A DNA stretch of 28,994 nt from a virus (lineage: Duplodnaviria > Caudoviricetes), in the IMG/VR virus record IMGVR_UViG_3300014208_000107, positions 1 through 28,994 of that record. One strand, written 5' to 3'. The notes beneath the pieces were generated by a model that saw nothing but the letters and a program-made list of their open reading frames with translations, did no database searches and was not told where the DNA came from. Position numbers and translations under genes: made by a program. The first letter of the stretch is position 1, and each line of letters begins with the position of its first letter. Of the stretch, positions 17,101 through 26,058 are shown piece after piece.

Positions 17101-18369
17101 ATGACAACTCCGTATGATGATAGTTTTACTGGTGCTGATAGTTCGGCAATAAATGCTGAAAGGTGGATTGTTGATGGTTCTCCAGATATTCAGGGAAATA
17201 CTGCTGAACTTACATATGGAGAAAGAATTACAAATGTATATTATCTTACTGGTGATTTTGATATTCAAGTTGATTTTGCCATGCAAAGTGAACCGGCTAC
17301 AGATGCATGGAATTACATGCTTCACTGTTACATAGATGCTACTCATCGCATTGGAGTTGGACCTGAGTACGAGAGTTCTAGAAAGTTTACCTGTCGTTAT
17401 GCTGCTGGTGGAAGTTATACATCAGCAAATGTTGCAAGAACAAATACCTATGGAAAACTAAGATTAGTTAGATCTGGTAGCAATATAACTGCCTATTACG
17501 CTGATGGTACGGGAGAATTTACAGCACTTGGAACTACTCATGTTGTTGGAAGTAATTCAGTACAACCATTTATATTCTCTACAAGATGGACAGGAACTCC
17601 TACTCCTACTTGTAGATTTGATAACTTCTTAATTAACAGTGGTTACACAGCACCTTCACTAACAGTTACATCTGGAGTACTTGCTGTTGCTGGAACTAAC
17701 ATAACATTAAAGTTATCTAATACTCATTTCTTTGTAGAAAGTGGAGCACTTACAATAAATGGAACTGCAGTTAATCTTCAGTATAAGACTTGGGCAGAAC
17801 AAAATCATGCTCAAATGTTTATTCCTTATTTAACTGGAGATGCAGCAAATTCAGGATTAGTAGTTGACTTACCAGTTCTAACTTTTGAGTCTGAAGGTTA
17901 TACAGGAATTACTGCTTATCTTACAGAAACTTTACCTGTATTAGAAAGTACAGGAGAGAGTAGTGTTTGGAGTTCAAGTGAAGTAGATTTACCTTTATTA
18001 TCTAGTACTGGTGAATCTGGAGCAATGGCGAATTTTGACATTGATTGTTTAACGTTAAGTAGTACTGGTTATCTTAATGAAATAGGTGAGTTAAGTGAAA
18101 CAATTACTATTGTAAGTTTATCTTCTACTGGTTACTTAAATGAGACTTGTAGTTTAGATAGTTCTTTACAAGTAATTACACTTGAAGCAGAAGGTACAAC
18201 CAGTTTATTAGGTTCTTCTTCTCTTACCTTACCTATGCTGGAAGTCTCCACTATAAGTGGTTATATGATTCCAGTTGGAACAGGAAGTATAACATTACCA
18301 GTATTAGCAACAACAAAGTGCGGTGGGGTTTCTGGAAGATTTAAGTATCCAGTTTACAATGACTTATAA
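17101..18369 (+). CDS. fibre-like protein: N-terminal lectin/jelly-roll-like domain plus beta-repeat C-terminus
   Basis: DD.F......W, LTGDFDIQVDF, KLRLVRSG..ITAYY, FDNF pattern of concanavalin-like folds. Confidence 0.7.
   Translation: MTTPYDDSFTGADSSAINAERWIVDGSPDIQGNTAELTYGERITNVYYLTGDFDIQVDFAMQSEPATDAWNYMLHCYIDATHRIGVGPEYESSRKFTCRYAAGGSYTSANVARTNTYGKLRLVRSGSNITAYYADGTGEFTALGTTHVVGSNSVQPFIFSTRWTGTPTPTCRFDNFLINSGYTAPSLTVTSGVLAVAGTNITLKLSNTHFFVESGALTINGTAVNLQYKTWAEQNHAQMFIPYLTGDAANSGLVVDLPVLTFESEGYTGITAYLTETLPVLESTGESSVWSSSEVDLPLLSSTGESGAMANFDIDCLTLSSTGYLNEIGELSETITIVSLSSTGYLNETCSLDSSLQVITLEAEGTTSLLGSSSLTLPMLEVSTISGYMIPVGTGSITLPVLATTKCGGVSGRFKYPVYNDL
18020..18046. promoter_or_regulatory. 27-bp palindromic motif copy inside a CDS
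   Basis: GAGCAATGGCGA-ATT-TTGACATTGATT (8/12 + 12/12). Confidence 0.7.
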
Positions 18370-18388
18370 AATTTAGGAGGATAATATT

Positions 18389-18823
18389 ATGGCAGCTTTT
18401 TTAAAGTTCAACAAATTTTCACAGTCTCTTTGCAAAGGGTTATTTGGGGATCTAGAATCAGATACACTTAAGTTTGCACTGACTAATACAGCACCAACGG
18501 CAGCAACTGACACAGTATTTGATGTAGTTACAAAACATCCTGCACCTGCAGCAGCAAATGGTTATACGTCTGGTGGGCACGCAGCAACTATATCAGGTTC
18601 AGCAGAAACAGGTGGTGTGTATACACTTGCCACTACTACTGATGTTGTTGTTACTGCAACTGCTGGCGGAATTGGACCTTTCAGATATGTTATTCTGTAT
18701 GACACAGCAGGTACGTTACCACTGATTGGTTACTGGGATTACGGCAGCAGTATAACACTGGCAGATGGTGAGACGTTTACTATTGATGTTACTACTTCAC
18801 TATTTACGATTACAACAACTTAA
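18389..18823 (+). CDS. small virion structural protein
   Basis: LK.AL.N.AP...NGYTSGG...GPFRY.ILY...LIGYWDYGSSITL..GETFTI, a familiar phage structural pattern. Confidence 0.7.
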   Translation: MAAFLKFNKFSQSLCKGLFGDLESDTLKFALTNTAPTAATDTVFDVVTKHPAPAAANGYTSGGHAATISGSAETGGVYTLATTTDVVVTATAGGIGPFRYVILYDTAGTLPLIGYWDYGSSITLADGETFTIDVTTSLFTITTT

Positions 18824-18849
18824 TTATACGTTCAATATACGGAGTAGAT

Positions 18850-19104
18850 ATGAAAGAATATTTTAAGAAAAATGGTTTCTGCACAGTACCAGAAGATCGT
18901 GAGGATATGTGTTGTTATTCTAAAGTACATCACGACAGCCCTTTCCAAGCGTGTGAATTTCAGCATGACGGAATGAAGTGTAGTTGTCCAAAAGATAAAA
19001 GTCCCGTCCCTCAAGAAAAAATGCCTGAGATTAGAACCTGTTCAGTAGTTTTATCCGAGGAAGCTAAAAAATTCATAGAGGATAATTACGATGCTGACAC
19101 TTGA
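18850..19104 (+). CDS. 84-aa Cys/His-rich hypothetical protein
   Basis: GGAG RBS; 7 Cys and 3 His. Confidence 0.65.
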   Translation: MKEYFKKNGFCTVPEDREDMCCYSKVHHDSPFQACEFQHDGMKCSCPKDKSPVPQEKMPEIRTCSVVLSEEAKKFIEDNYDADT

Positions 19105-19618
19105 ATCAAAATTTAGCGATTACATAAAAGTTCTTACGGGTGCGGGTGCTTGTGAATCTGTAATGGAATTTCACAATGCAATGATTAAGAAAAATCCTTT
19201 TCTTACTGTTGGTGACGCTTATAAAATATTTTTTGATGATTCCAGTTTCAAAGAAACATGGGTTGAGTGGGCGTTAAAACTTGTAGGCAAAGAACTCGAT
19301 ACGGAAATCAGAAAGATAGCTATAAACAAGATTCAAAGTCCCGTTACCGCAAAAAAACTTCTCTCTAATTGTGATTTCTTTACTACCGAAGAAAAATCAC
19401 TTCTATCCACATTAGCAGAGAGTCAAACCGAAATACAGAAATTAGTTGATTCAATTACCGAGCCTATGGAAGCCGCACGACTGTTAATTGATTTCCCCCA
19501 TTTAACCGACACACAGGAACTTACTTTAAAGGCTAAATTTGAAGGTCGACTCCCAACTGTAGAGAAAGAACTTTTAACAGGAACTGTTGTAACAGCTAAA
19601 TCTCAGGTGGTGAAGTAA
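19091..19618 (+). CDS. helical hypothetical protein with internal 41-aa duplication
   Basis: GAGG RBS; TAATG overlap with the next gene. Confidence 0.75.
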   Translation: MLTLESKFSDYIKVLTGAGACESVMEFHNAMIKKNPFLTVGDAYKIFFDDSSFKETWVEWALKLVGKELDTEIRKIAINKIQSPVTAKKLLSNCDFFTTEEKSLLSTLAESQTEIQKLVDSITEPMEAARLLIDFPHLTDTQELTLKAKFEGRLPTVEKELLTGTVVTAKSQVVK

Positions 19619-20196
19619 TGGCCGTTACTGATTATAAATATGCTGGAACTGCCGCCAATGTTGATAGGGATGGTAAGGCCGATTGGAATAATCCCGACAA
19701 CGCCAAGGCAGACGATGCGAATAAATCTTCCACAAACAATATAAAAAACACTTATAGCGATTGGCTAAGACTTACTAATTTTGGATTTTCTTCTGCTGAT
19801 ATTCCAGATGGCTCAACTATAAATGGAATAGAGTTTGTTATAAAAAGGTCTGTCTCTAATGACCCGACCTATACTCGTACTGACCACGCATTATATTTAT
19901 ATGATGATGGTGCTGTCGGTAATAACATGGCTTCTGGCACAAACTGGCCTGTCTCCCCAGAGGCAGAGGCTACTTATGGCGGTGCGACTGATATGTGCGG
20001 CACTTCTTTAACACAAGCGGATATAGTCACTTCAACATTCGGCATACAATTATCAGTATATAGTAATAATAGTAGCGGGTCTGTATTTACGGTTAATTCC
20101 ATCAAAATCAGAGTTTATTACACAGAGGGCGGCGGAGCAACAAGTTTACCAACAAGACTTTTTAAAAGAAATTACAATCATATCTTAGTAAGGTAG
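19618..20196 (+). CDS. jelly-roll-type virion protein
   Basis: W.NP.NA...D, L.LTNFGF...IP.G.TINGI, YGG.TD, I.IRVYY pattern; basic C-terminal tail. Confidence 0.65.
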   Translation: MAVTDYKYAGTAANVDRDGKADWNNPDNAKADDANKSSTNNIKNTYSDWLRLTNFGFSSADIPDGSTINGIEFVIKRSVSNDPTYTRTDHALYLYDDGAVGNNMASGTNWPVSPEAEATYGGATDMCGTSLTQADIVTSTFGIQLSVYSNNSSGSVFTVNSIKIRVYYTEGGGATSLPTRLFKRNYNHILVR

Positions 20197-20205
20197 GAGG
20201 AACAA

Positions 20206-20673
20206 ATGGGAAGAATTTATACAGCACAATTCAGTGCAGTTGCAGTTTCAGCAGCTCAAGATTTATTTGAAGTTGTTGCACCAGCAGATGGTATTGTAGT
20301 AGTGCATGACATCTTCATTGGGCAGACATCTGACGTAGGTGATGCAGCTGAGGAAATACTTTTAATTAAGTGGAACTCAGGAGCGTCAACAAGTGGTTCT
20401 GGAGGTGGTTCATATACACCAGTACCAATACTGTTTGGTGATGCAGCTTTTGGTGGAACCTGTGAAATAAATAACACTACACAAGCTGCTGATGGTACAA
20501 TAGTAACTCATCATGCATGGGCTTGGAATATAAGAGCACCACTGCAGATTATATTTACACCTGAAACTAGACCAGTATTATCGCCAAGTAGAAGAGGAGT
20601 ACTTACTATTCCTGCTCCTACTGATGCACTAACTATGATGGGAACTATCACACTTGAAGAAATAGGTGGATAA
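20206..20673 (+). CDS. small beta-rich virion protein
   Basis: AGGAGG RBS; ends TITLEEIGG; structural context. Confidence 0.6.
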   Translation: MGRIYTAQFSAVAVSAAQDLFEVVAPADGIVVVHDIFIGQTSDVGDAAEEILLIKWNSGASTSGSGGGSYTPVPILFGDAAFGGTCEINNTTQAADGTIVTHHAWAWNIRAPLQIIFTPETRPVLSPSRRGVLTIPAPTDALTMMGTITLEEIGG

Positions 20674-21818
20674 TGGCAGGAGTCTTTCGACATAGGCCTA
20701 GGATTATAGGATGGAGATTATCTCCTTCTTTGCTTTCTACACATATAGCGGGTGCTTATACTCTTTCGGTAGAATCTGGTTCTATGGTAGTTACAGGTAC
20801 TGCTACTACATTAAAAGCAACCAGAAAGTTACCATTAGTAGCAGGAACTATAGTTATAACTGGTACAGTAATATCTACTGAGTATGGAAGAAAGTTTACT
20901 GTAGAGTCTGGAATTCTAACTATAGATGGGCAATCTGTTGAAGTAAAGAATGCGCGAAAACTTCCTATTATGTCAGGAGAATTAACAATACTTGGTACAG
21001 TTACAGACTTACTAGGTACAAGGAAACTTTCTATTTCTTCTGGTATTATTACTATAGGTGGAACAAGTATAGGTATAAAGTCAACCAGAAACCTTACTGT
21101 TGCTTCAGGAGAACTAGTAATAGATGGTACAACTACTACTTTAATAAGTGATAGACTTATACCTATTTTAAGTGGACTTATTACTATAGATGGACAAGCA
21201 ACTGGTTTAAGGAATGCACGTAAACTTAGTATAGTATCAGGCGGACTAACTATAGATGGCACTGCAATTGATGTTAGGTATGGAAAGATACTATCTATTG
21301 CCTCTGGTGAGTTAACTACAGCTGGACAGGTTATTACACTGCAGAATACACGAAAGTTGTCTATTGTTTCTGGTGACTTAAGTGTCCTTGGTACAGTGGT
21401 AAATTTACTAGGTGGTAAAAAACTAACTGCTAGTGCTGGTACTATTACCATTAATGGAGCAGTAGTTACTTTAAAGCCTACACGTAAATTAACTGTTAGT
21501 TCTGGAGTAGTAACAATAACTGGTATAGCAGTTAATACACGCACAGCAAGAAAATTAAATACTGCAACGGGTGCACTTACTATTGATGGTACTGCAATAA
21601 CACTTAACTACACGCCATCAATAGGTGAAAGATTAGAAATCAATAGTGGTGTTATTGCTATAACTGGTTCTGATTTGTACTTTGAAATTACAACTTCTGA
21701 TTTAGATACTGAACCTTATCTCTTAAAGTATAGAAGACCTCGGCCAGTTAAAAGCCATATAACTGCATTAAGCACAGAAGCAGCAAATCCATTTACTCTG
21801 GAGTATAGAAGACCATGA
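20673..21818 (+). CDS. 22-aa tandem-repeat fibre/solenoid protein
   Basis: 13 in-register repeats xRKLxIxSGxLTIxGxxxxLxx plus one degenerate copy. Confidence 0.85.
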   Translation: MAGVFRHRPRIIGWRLSPSLLSTHIAGAYTLSVESGSMVVTGTATTLKATRKLPLVAGTIVITGTVISTEYGRKFTVESGILTIDGQSVEVKNARKLPIMSGELTILGTVTDLLGTRKLSISSGIITIGGTSIGIKSTRNLTVASGELVIDGTTTTLISDRLIPILSGLITIDGQATGLRNARKLSIVSGGLTIDGTAIDVRYGKILSIASGELTTAGQVITLQNTRKLSIVSGDLSVLGTVVNLLGGKKLTASAGTITINGAVVTLKPTRKLTVSSGVVTITGIAVNTRTARKLNTATGALTIDGTAITLNYTPSIGERLEINSGVIAITGSDLYFEITTSDLDTEPYLLKYRRPRPVKSHITALSTEAANPFTLEYRRP

Positions 21819-22327
21819 TAGCTTTTGGACTAAGATTAAATACAAAACTTAAAGCAACTACTCAATATGTAGGATACAACTTCAACAGTTTGTGTTGTTT
21901 TAATAATATAATACTTGGTGGAAATACTTCTGGTATCTTTGTTACTGGTGGAGATACAGATAACACAGTAGCAATCCTCTCATTCTTTAAAACTTTCTGT
22001 ACTGACCTCAACACTTCAAAGAATAAGAACATAAGGTCAGTAGAGATTAGTGGAGTGTTTCCTAAATTATCTGTTATTACAGTAATGGATAGTGCAGAGA
22101 AAACAACTTATAATACTTTACAAGATTCTACTCTTGAACAAAAGACTATTGATATAGCTACTAACCACGCAGATAGTGGTAAGTACATTGGTATTAAAGT
22201 ATCTAATATTGAAGGTTCAGATTTCAGTATAGATAACATTAATCTTGTAGTGGGAGCAACACAGAAACTTAATTATAGCGATGCGATAGTAGGAAGAACA
22301 AGAGTTGAACTTCCTACTTTGACTTAA
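21815..22327 (+). CDS. virion structural (tail/nozzle-associated) protein
   Basis: T.Y..YNFNS...GI....G.TD....I...F.T..D...K..R...N..G.DF.ID pattern; ATGA overlap. Confidence 0.6.
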   Translation: MIAFGLRLNTKLKATTQYVGYNFNSLCCFNNIILGGNTSGIFVTGGDTDNTVAILSFFKTFCTDLNTSKNKNIRSVEISGVFPKLSVITVMDSAEKTTYNTLQDSTLEQKTIDIATNHADSGKYIGIKVSNIEGSDFSIDNINLVVGATQKLNYSDAIVGRTRVELPTLT

Positions 22328-22337
22328 GGAGGATGTT

Positions 22338-23699
22338 ATGACTTTACCTACTCATGGTTTACAGGGATACGGTAATACAGCAGTTAATTTAGCTAGTACT
22401 AAGTTTACAGCTGCTGCTGCAGAAGCTACCGCAGCATTAGTTAGTGCAAATGAGTATTTAAGTAATTTGGGTATTGAAGCAACTAGATTAGATGCTCTTG
22501 CCGCTAAAATTAACTATGTTAATTTAATTGGCGATCTTGATATAACAGCAGCAGAAATGGGAGATGTTGGTGAAGCACCTAATGATGCAGACTTAGATGC
22601 TATTCCTGATATTCCTACTAATCCAGGAATTACATATACTACTTATACATTCGATAAGGAACTTACTTTAAGTATTGCATTTCCAGATAAACCTACGTAT
22701 CCTGCTCTTGATGAAATACCTGTTGTTGTTGCAGATACAATTGTATTACTTGAAAGTAAGATTAATACTAGACTTACTGACGGAGCAACAGGATTAGATG
22801 CAGATATTGAAGCAGCAATATGGGCAAGAGCAAGATCTAGGCAGGAACTTGAAAACATCAATAAGTATCAAGAGGTTGAAAACTACTACTCTTCTCGGGG
22901 CTTTTCTATACCCCCTGGAACCTTATCAGGAAAACTTAATGAATTACTTATTGAGTTTGCAAGGAATGATAGTTATCTTAATAATGATATTCTTGTTAAA
23001 CAAGCAGAACTTGCAATGCAGAATGAGAATGTAATGCTTGAATCTGGAATAAAGTATATTATTGAGAGACTTACACAAAATGCATCTGTTATTATTGAAG
23101 GTAATAAATTAAAGATACAAGGTTATCTTGGAGAACTTGAAGGTTATAAAGCAGAAATACAAGCAGAGATTGCTAGGATAGAAGCTTTAACAAAAGTCTA
23201 CATGGCTGAGTTAGAAGCATATAAAGGTAAGATTGAAGCAGAAGCTGTTCGTGTCGAATCAATGTCAAAAATTTATATTGCTGATACGCAGGTCTATACT
23301 GCTACGGCAGATGCTATTGTTAAAACTTATCTTGGTAGAATTGAAGCTTATAAAGGAAGGATTCAAGCAGAGTCTGCTAAGGTAGATGCTGTTATTAAGT
23401 CTCTTGACTTAGCACTTAGACAGGTTATTGCTATTGCAGAAACAGATATGAAAGAAGCAGCAATTGATTCTGAGAATTTAAAGAATGCTACTGCTTTAGC
23501 AATAGAACTTACTAAAGGTGGTGCACAGATTGCTGCTCAGTTAGCAGCTAGCGCAATGTCCAGTGTTAATGCTAGTGCTACTATTGGTGGTTCTGGTAAC
23601 GAAGGAACTAATATTAATGAAAGTTACAATACATCTGAAGATACTACTAAAACAGATGCTACAACTTCACATAACTATAATTACAATGCGAGTGTATAA
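22338..23699 (+). CDS. long coiled-coil virion protein (needle/stalk-like)
   Basis: AI..RAR..E, RGF..PPG.L motifs; 25/18-aa Y..(L/I)E.YK..I.AE repeats. Confidence 0.7.
   Translation: MTLPTHGLQGYGNTAVNLASTKFTAAAAEATAALVSANEYLSNLGIEATRLDALAAKINYVNLIGDLDITAAEMGDVGEAPNDADLDAIPDIPTNPGITYTTYTFDKELTLSIAFPDKPTYPALDEIPVVVADTIVLLESKINTRLTDGATGLDADIEAAIWARARSRQELENINKYQEVENYYSSRGFSIPPGTLSGKLNELLIEFARNDSYLNNDILVKQAELAMQNENVMLESGIKYIIERLTQNASVIIEGNKLKIQGYLGELEGYKAEIQAEIARIEALTKVYMAELEAYKGKIEAEAVRVESMSKIYIADTQVYTATADAIVKTYLGRIEAYKGRIQAESAKVDAVIKSLDLALRQVIAIAETDMKEAAIDSENLKNATALAIELTKGGAQIAAQLAASAMSSVNASATIGGSGNEGTNINESYNTSEDTTKTDATTSHNYNYNASV
23257..23283. promoter_or_regulatory. 27-bp palindromic motif copy inside a CDS
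   Basis: AATCAATGTCAA-AAA-TTTATATTGCTG (12/12 + 8/12). Confidence 0.7.
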
Positions 23700-25315
23700 T
23701 GCCAGTTCATTACAGATATAGTGGCGATAAAGAAGCTGGAATTGCAATCAAGAGGACTGTTGACAGAGAACTAGATAAGCATTTAGATAATACTCGTTTA
23801 GGTAACCTTGAACAGAACAGAAGTGTTACTACTTTTGTTAATGGTACTACTATAGAATGTAAGAGTATTTTTAATAATCATTTAGTAAATGTCTTTGTTC
23901 CTGTTGGTGGTGGTAAGAAGGAAGATAAGAAAAAATTAAAAGTGATTGAAATTAAACAACTTATTTTTTATCTTTGGGTTAACGATGACGCAGATGGAAA
24001 TAAACGAATTAGATTATGGGATTCAAACTTAAAAGTAATAGGAAGAGTTTTAAGTAACACTCTAGAAAATTTTTATCCTGATGTAGATGAAAAATATATA
24101 AATGCTGAAGGATGTGAGGAATATAATGATTATTATGGATTTGGAGATGGTTTAGGAAAGGGATTTTTTTCTCAACTGGAATATTCCAGTGGTGAGTCTA
24201 GTTTAAAAGAGTTAGTTGCCATTGAGGATCTTGATTATGATAATGAAGATGGTTGGGTTGGAAGATCTCAAGTGGTTTATTATAGCGAATCAAGTGATGA
24301 ATATCCACATACTGACATTACATACTGGAATCCAGATAAATACTTTTGGTTATACGTTGGATCTGACTATACCAATGTATACGATAATGTCGCAGATGCT
24401 ACACTAGGTATTGGTTGGTGTTTTGACGGAGATGAAAATTTAGTATTTCCTGAAGACGGATTATATAATGCTTATAAAATAACAGAGTATATTAATACTT
24501 ATTGGTTGGTCATAGAGAAGTATAATGCGATGAGTGAAAATCCTGACGGGGACTACCGAGAAATTAAGAAAACACTTATCGATATTTGGCTATATAATTA
24601 TTATTTTAAGTATATTTTTATAGCAAGGAGAAATACGGTAGCCACTGGATGGTACTGGATGGGAATGAAAGATGCTTATCCCGAACTAGCCGAGTACAGG
24701 TTTGATAGAAATATCACAGGTCAACAAGTCGATACTGCTGGTAGCGCAGTATGTCAAACTATTGGAGATTACGAAGATTCCTCCTGTTATATTTATATGC
24801 TTCGAACTTATAATATTGATGAACCTCAGTATGCTAATAAACTTTACTACTCAGAAAATGCTACAGATAGTTCCGGAGATTATGCTGATTATTTTGATGA
24901 TCCAATTCCGAACTTATTGTATCCAGAACAAGTATACACTATCAAAGTAAACGATCCTTTTGATGGAGAAAGAGAGTATGAAGTTGAAACTATACCACAA
25001 GTAGACGATTACGACTCAAGTCGCTCAATATCAATGTATTCAAAGATATATAATTATGGAGGAAAACCATTATACACTTATACTATATTTAATCTTTTCA
25101 GAAATAAGATTTGGTATGGATATATTTACAAAGATAAGCATGTAAAAAACGAAGAATTTGAAATAACAGGAAACATACTTGCGTACCCTGAAATGGAATG
25201 GCTTCACGAGTTTGGAGAATCAGTAAAAGGTGAAACAATAATGGCTTACTTACCTTATTGGCAGTACTTACACGCAGCAATACTGACGACAAAAAAGGAG
25301 GTTGAAGATGATTAA
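23699..25315 (+). CDS. Tyr/Trp/Asp-rich protein, putative receptor-binding tip
   Basis: TAATG overlap with the coiled-coil gene; ~70-aa N-terminal module, GGGKKEDKKK linker, aromatic/acidic body. Confidence 0.55.
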   Translation: MPVHYRYSGDKEAGIAIKRTVDRELDKHLDNTRLGNLEQNRSVTTFVNGTTIECKSIFNNHLVNVFVPVGGGKKEDKKKLKVIEIKQLIFYLWVNDDADGNKRIRLWDSNLKVIGRVLSNTLENFYPDVDEKYINAEGCEEYNDYYGFGDGLGKGFFSQLEYSSGESSLKELVAIEDLDYDNEDGWVGRSQVVYYSESSDEYPHTDITYWNPDKYFWLYVGSDYTNVYDNVADATLGIGWCFDGDENLVFPEDGLYNAYKITEYINTYWLVIEKYNAMSENPDGDYREIKKTLIDIWLYNYYFKYIFIARRNTVATGWYWMGMKDAYPELAEYRFDRNITGQQVDTAGSAVCQTIGDYEDSSCYIYMLRTYNIDEPQYANKLYYSENATDSSGDYADYFDDPIPNLLYPEQVYTIKVNDPFDGEREYEVETIPQVDDYDSSRSISMYSKIYNYGGKPLYTYTIFNLFRNKIWYGYIYKDKHVKNEEFEITGNILAYPEMEWLHEFGESVKGETIMAYLPYWQYLHAAILTTKKEVEDD

Positions 25316-25523
25316 TACTCAGGCTAAAGGAAACATTGAGATTGAGTTAAGTAGTAACGGAGGTTATATTATTAAGTCTACAACACAAGAAGTTATTGCA
25401 GTAAAAGAAATACAAATTAAATCTGTTATAAATACTACTAGAAATAAACAACAACTGTTTATTGCAGGTGGTTTAGAAGAAGCACTACAAATCGCAAGAG
25501 AACAACTACAATCGTTTATATAA
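25308..25523 (+). CDS. 71-aa hypothetical protein
   Basis: AAGGAGGT RBS before ATG 25308. Confidence 0.75.
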   Translation: MINTQAKGNIEIELSSNGGYIIKSTTQEVIAVKEIQIKSVINTTRNKQQLFIAGGLEEALQIAREQLQSFI

Positions 25524-25534
25524 GGAGGTTTGAG

Positions 25535-26047
25535 ATGGCTGGTGAAGGATTAGATTGGCAGGGATTGCTTAGAAAGAAGTATGAAATTGCTCAGCAAGAT
25601 GTTGATGCTACTACTACGAAGGCTGATGCTACTATGGTACAAGCAAATGCCTACCAAGAGAACGTGGGTAATGAGTATGATATTGCTAAGCAAAGATTTT
25701 ATCCTCAAGGATTAGAGGAGAGAAAGTATATTGCTGATAATGCAAATACTTTACGAAGAACAGGTATGGAAACTGCAGGGATTGCTACTTTGCGAGATAG
25801 AACTGGACAGATGTATTTGAAGCAGGGTTATGAAGCGCAGAAACATGGAGATGTTTATGGTGAAGATGTTGATAAGTTGCAGCAAGAGTATAGTATTAAC
25901 TCTATTATTAACAATAAAATCACAGGTGGATTAAATGACGGTTCACTTGATGTTGGAAGTAATGGAAGTTTGATTGCTGCACCTAGATCAGTACCTGCTT
26001 CTGAATTACCAGCAGATTACGATAAGAAGAAAAACAAATATAGATAA
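25535..26047 (+). CDS. putative internal virion/ejection protein
   Basis: AAGGAGG RBS; helical, Ala/Gln-rich; precedes the giant ORF. Confidence 0.5.
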   Translation: MAGEGLDWQGLLRKKYEIAQQDVDATTTKADATMVQANAYQENVGNEYDIAKQRFYPQGLEERKYIADNANTLRRTGMETAGIATLRDRTGQMYLKQGYEAQKHGDVYGEDVDKLQQEYSINSIINNKITGGLNDGSLDVGSNGSLIAAPRSVPASELPADYDKKKNKYR

Positions 26048-26058
26048 GGAGAATACTG

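Noticed and set aside
17095-17103. Frameshift or readthrough fusing 16443 and 17101
   Set aside because: No slippery sequence; both proteins have equivalent complete C-termini and the second has its own ATG
16512-17860. DGR template/variable repeat pair
   Set aside because: Differences are mostly synonymous and involve all bases, not adenine-specific; no reverse transcriptase seen
20756-21544. 262-aa minus-strand ORF, and similar antisense ORFs at 10022, 10925, 12000, 13717, 26457 and 27963
   Set aside because: Shadows of codon-biased plus-strand genes; no supporting expression signals seen
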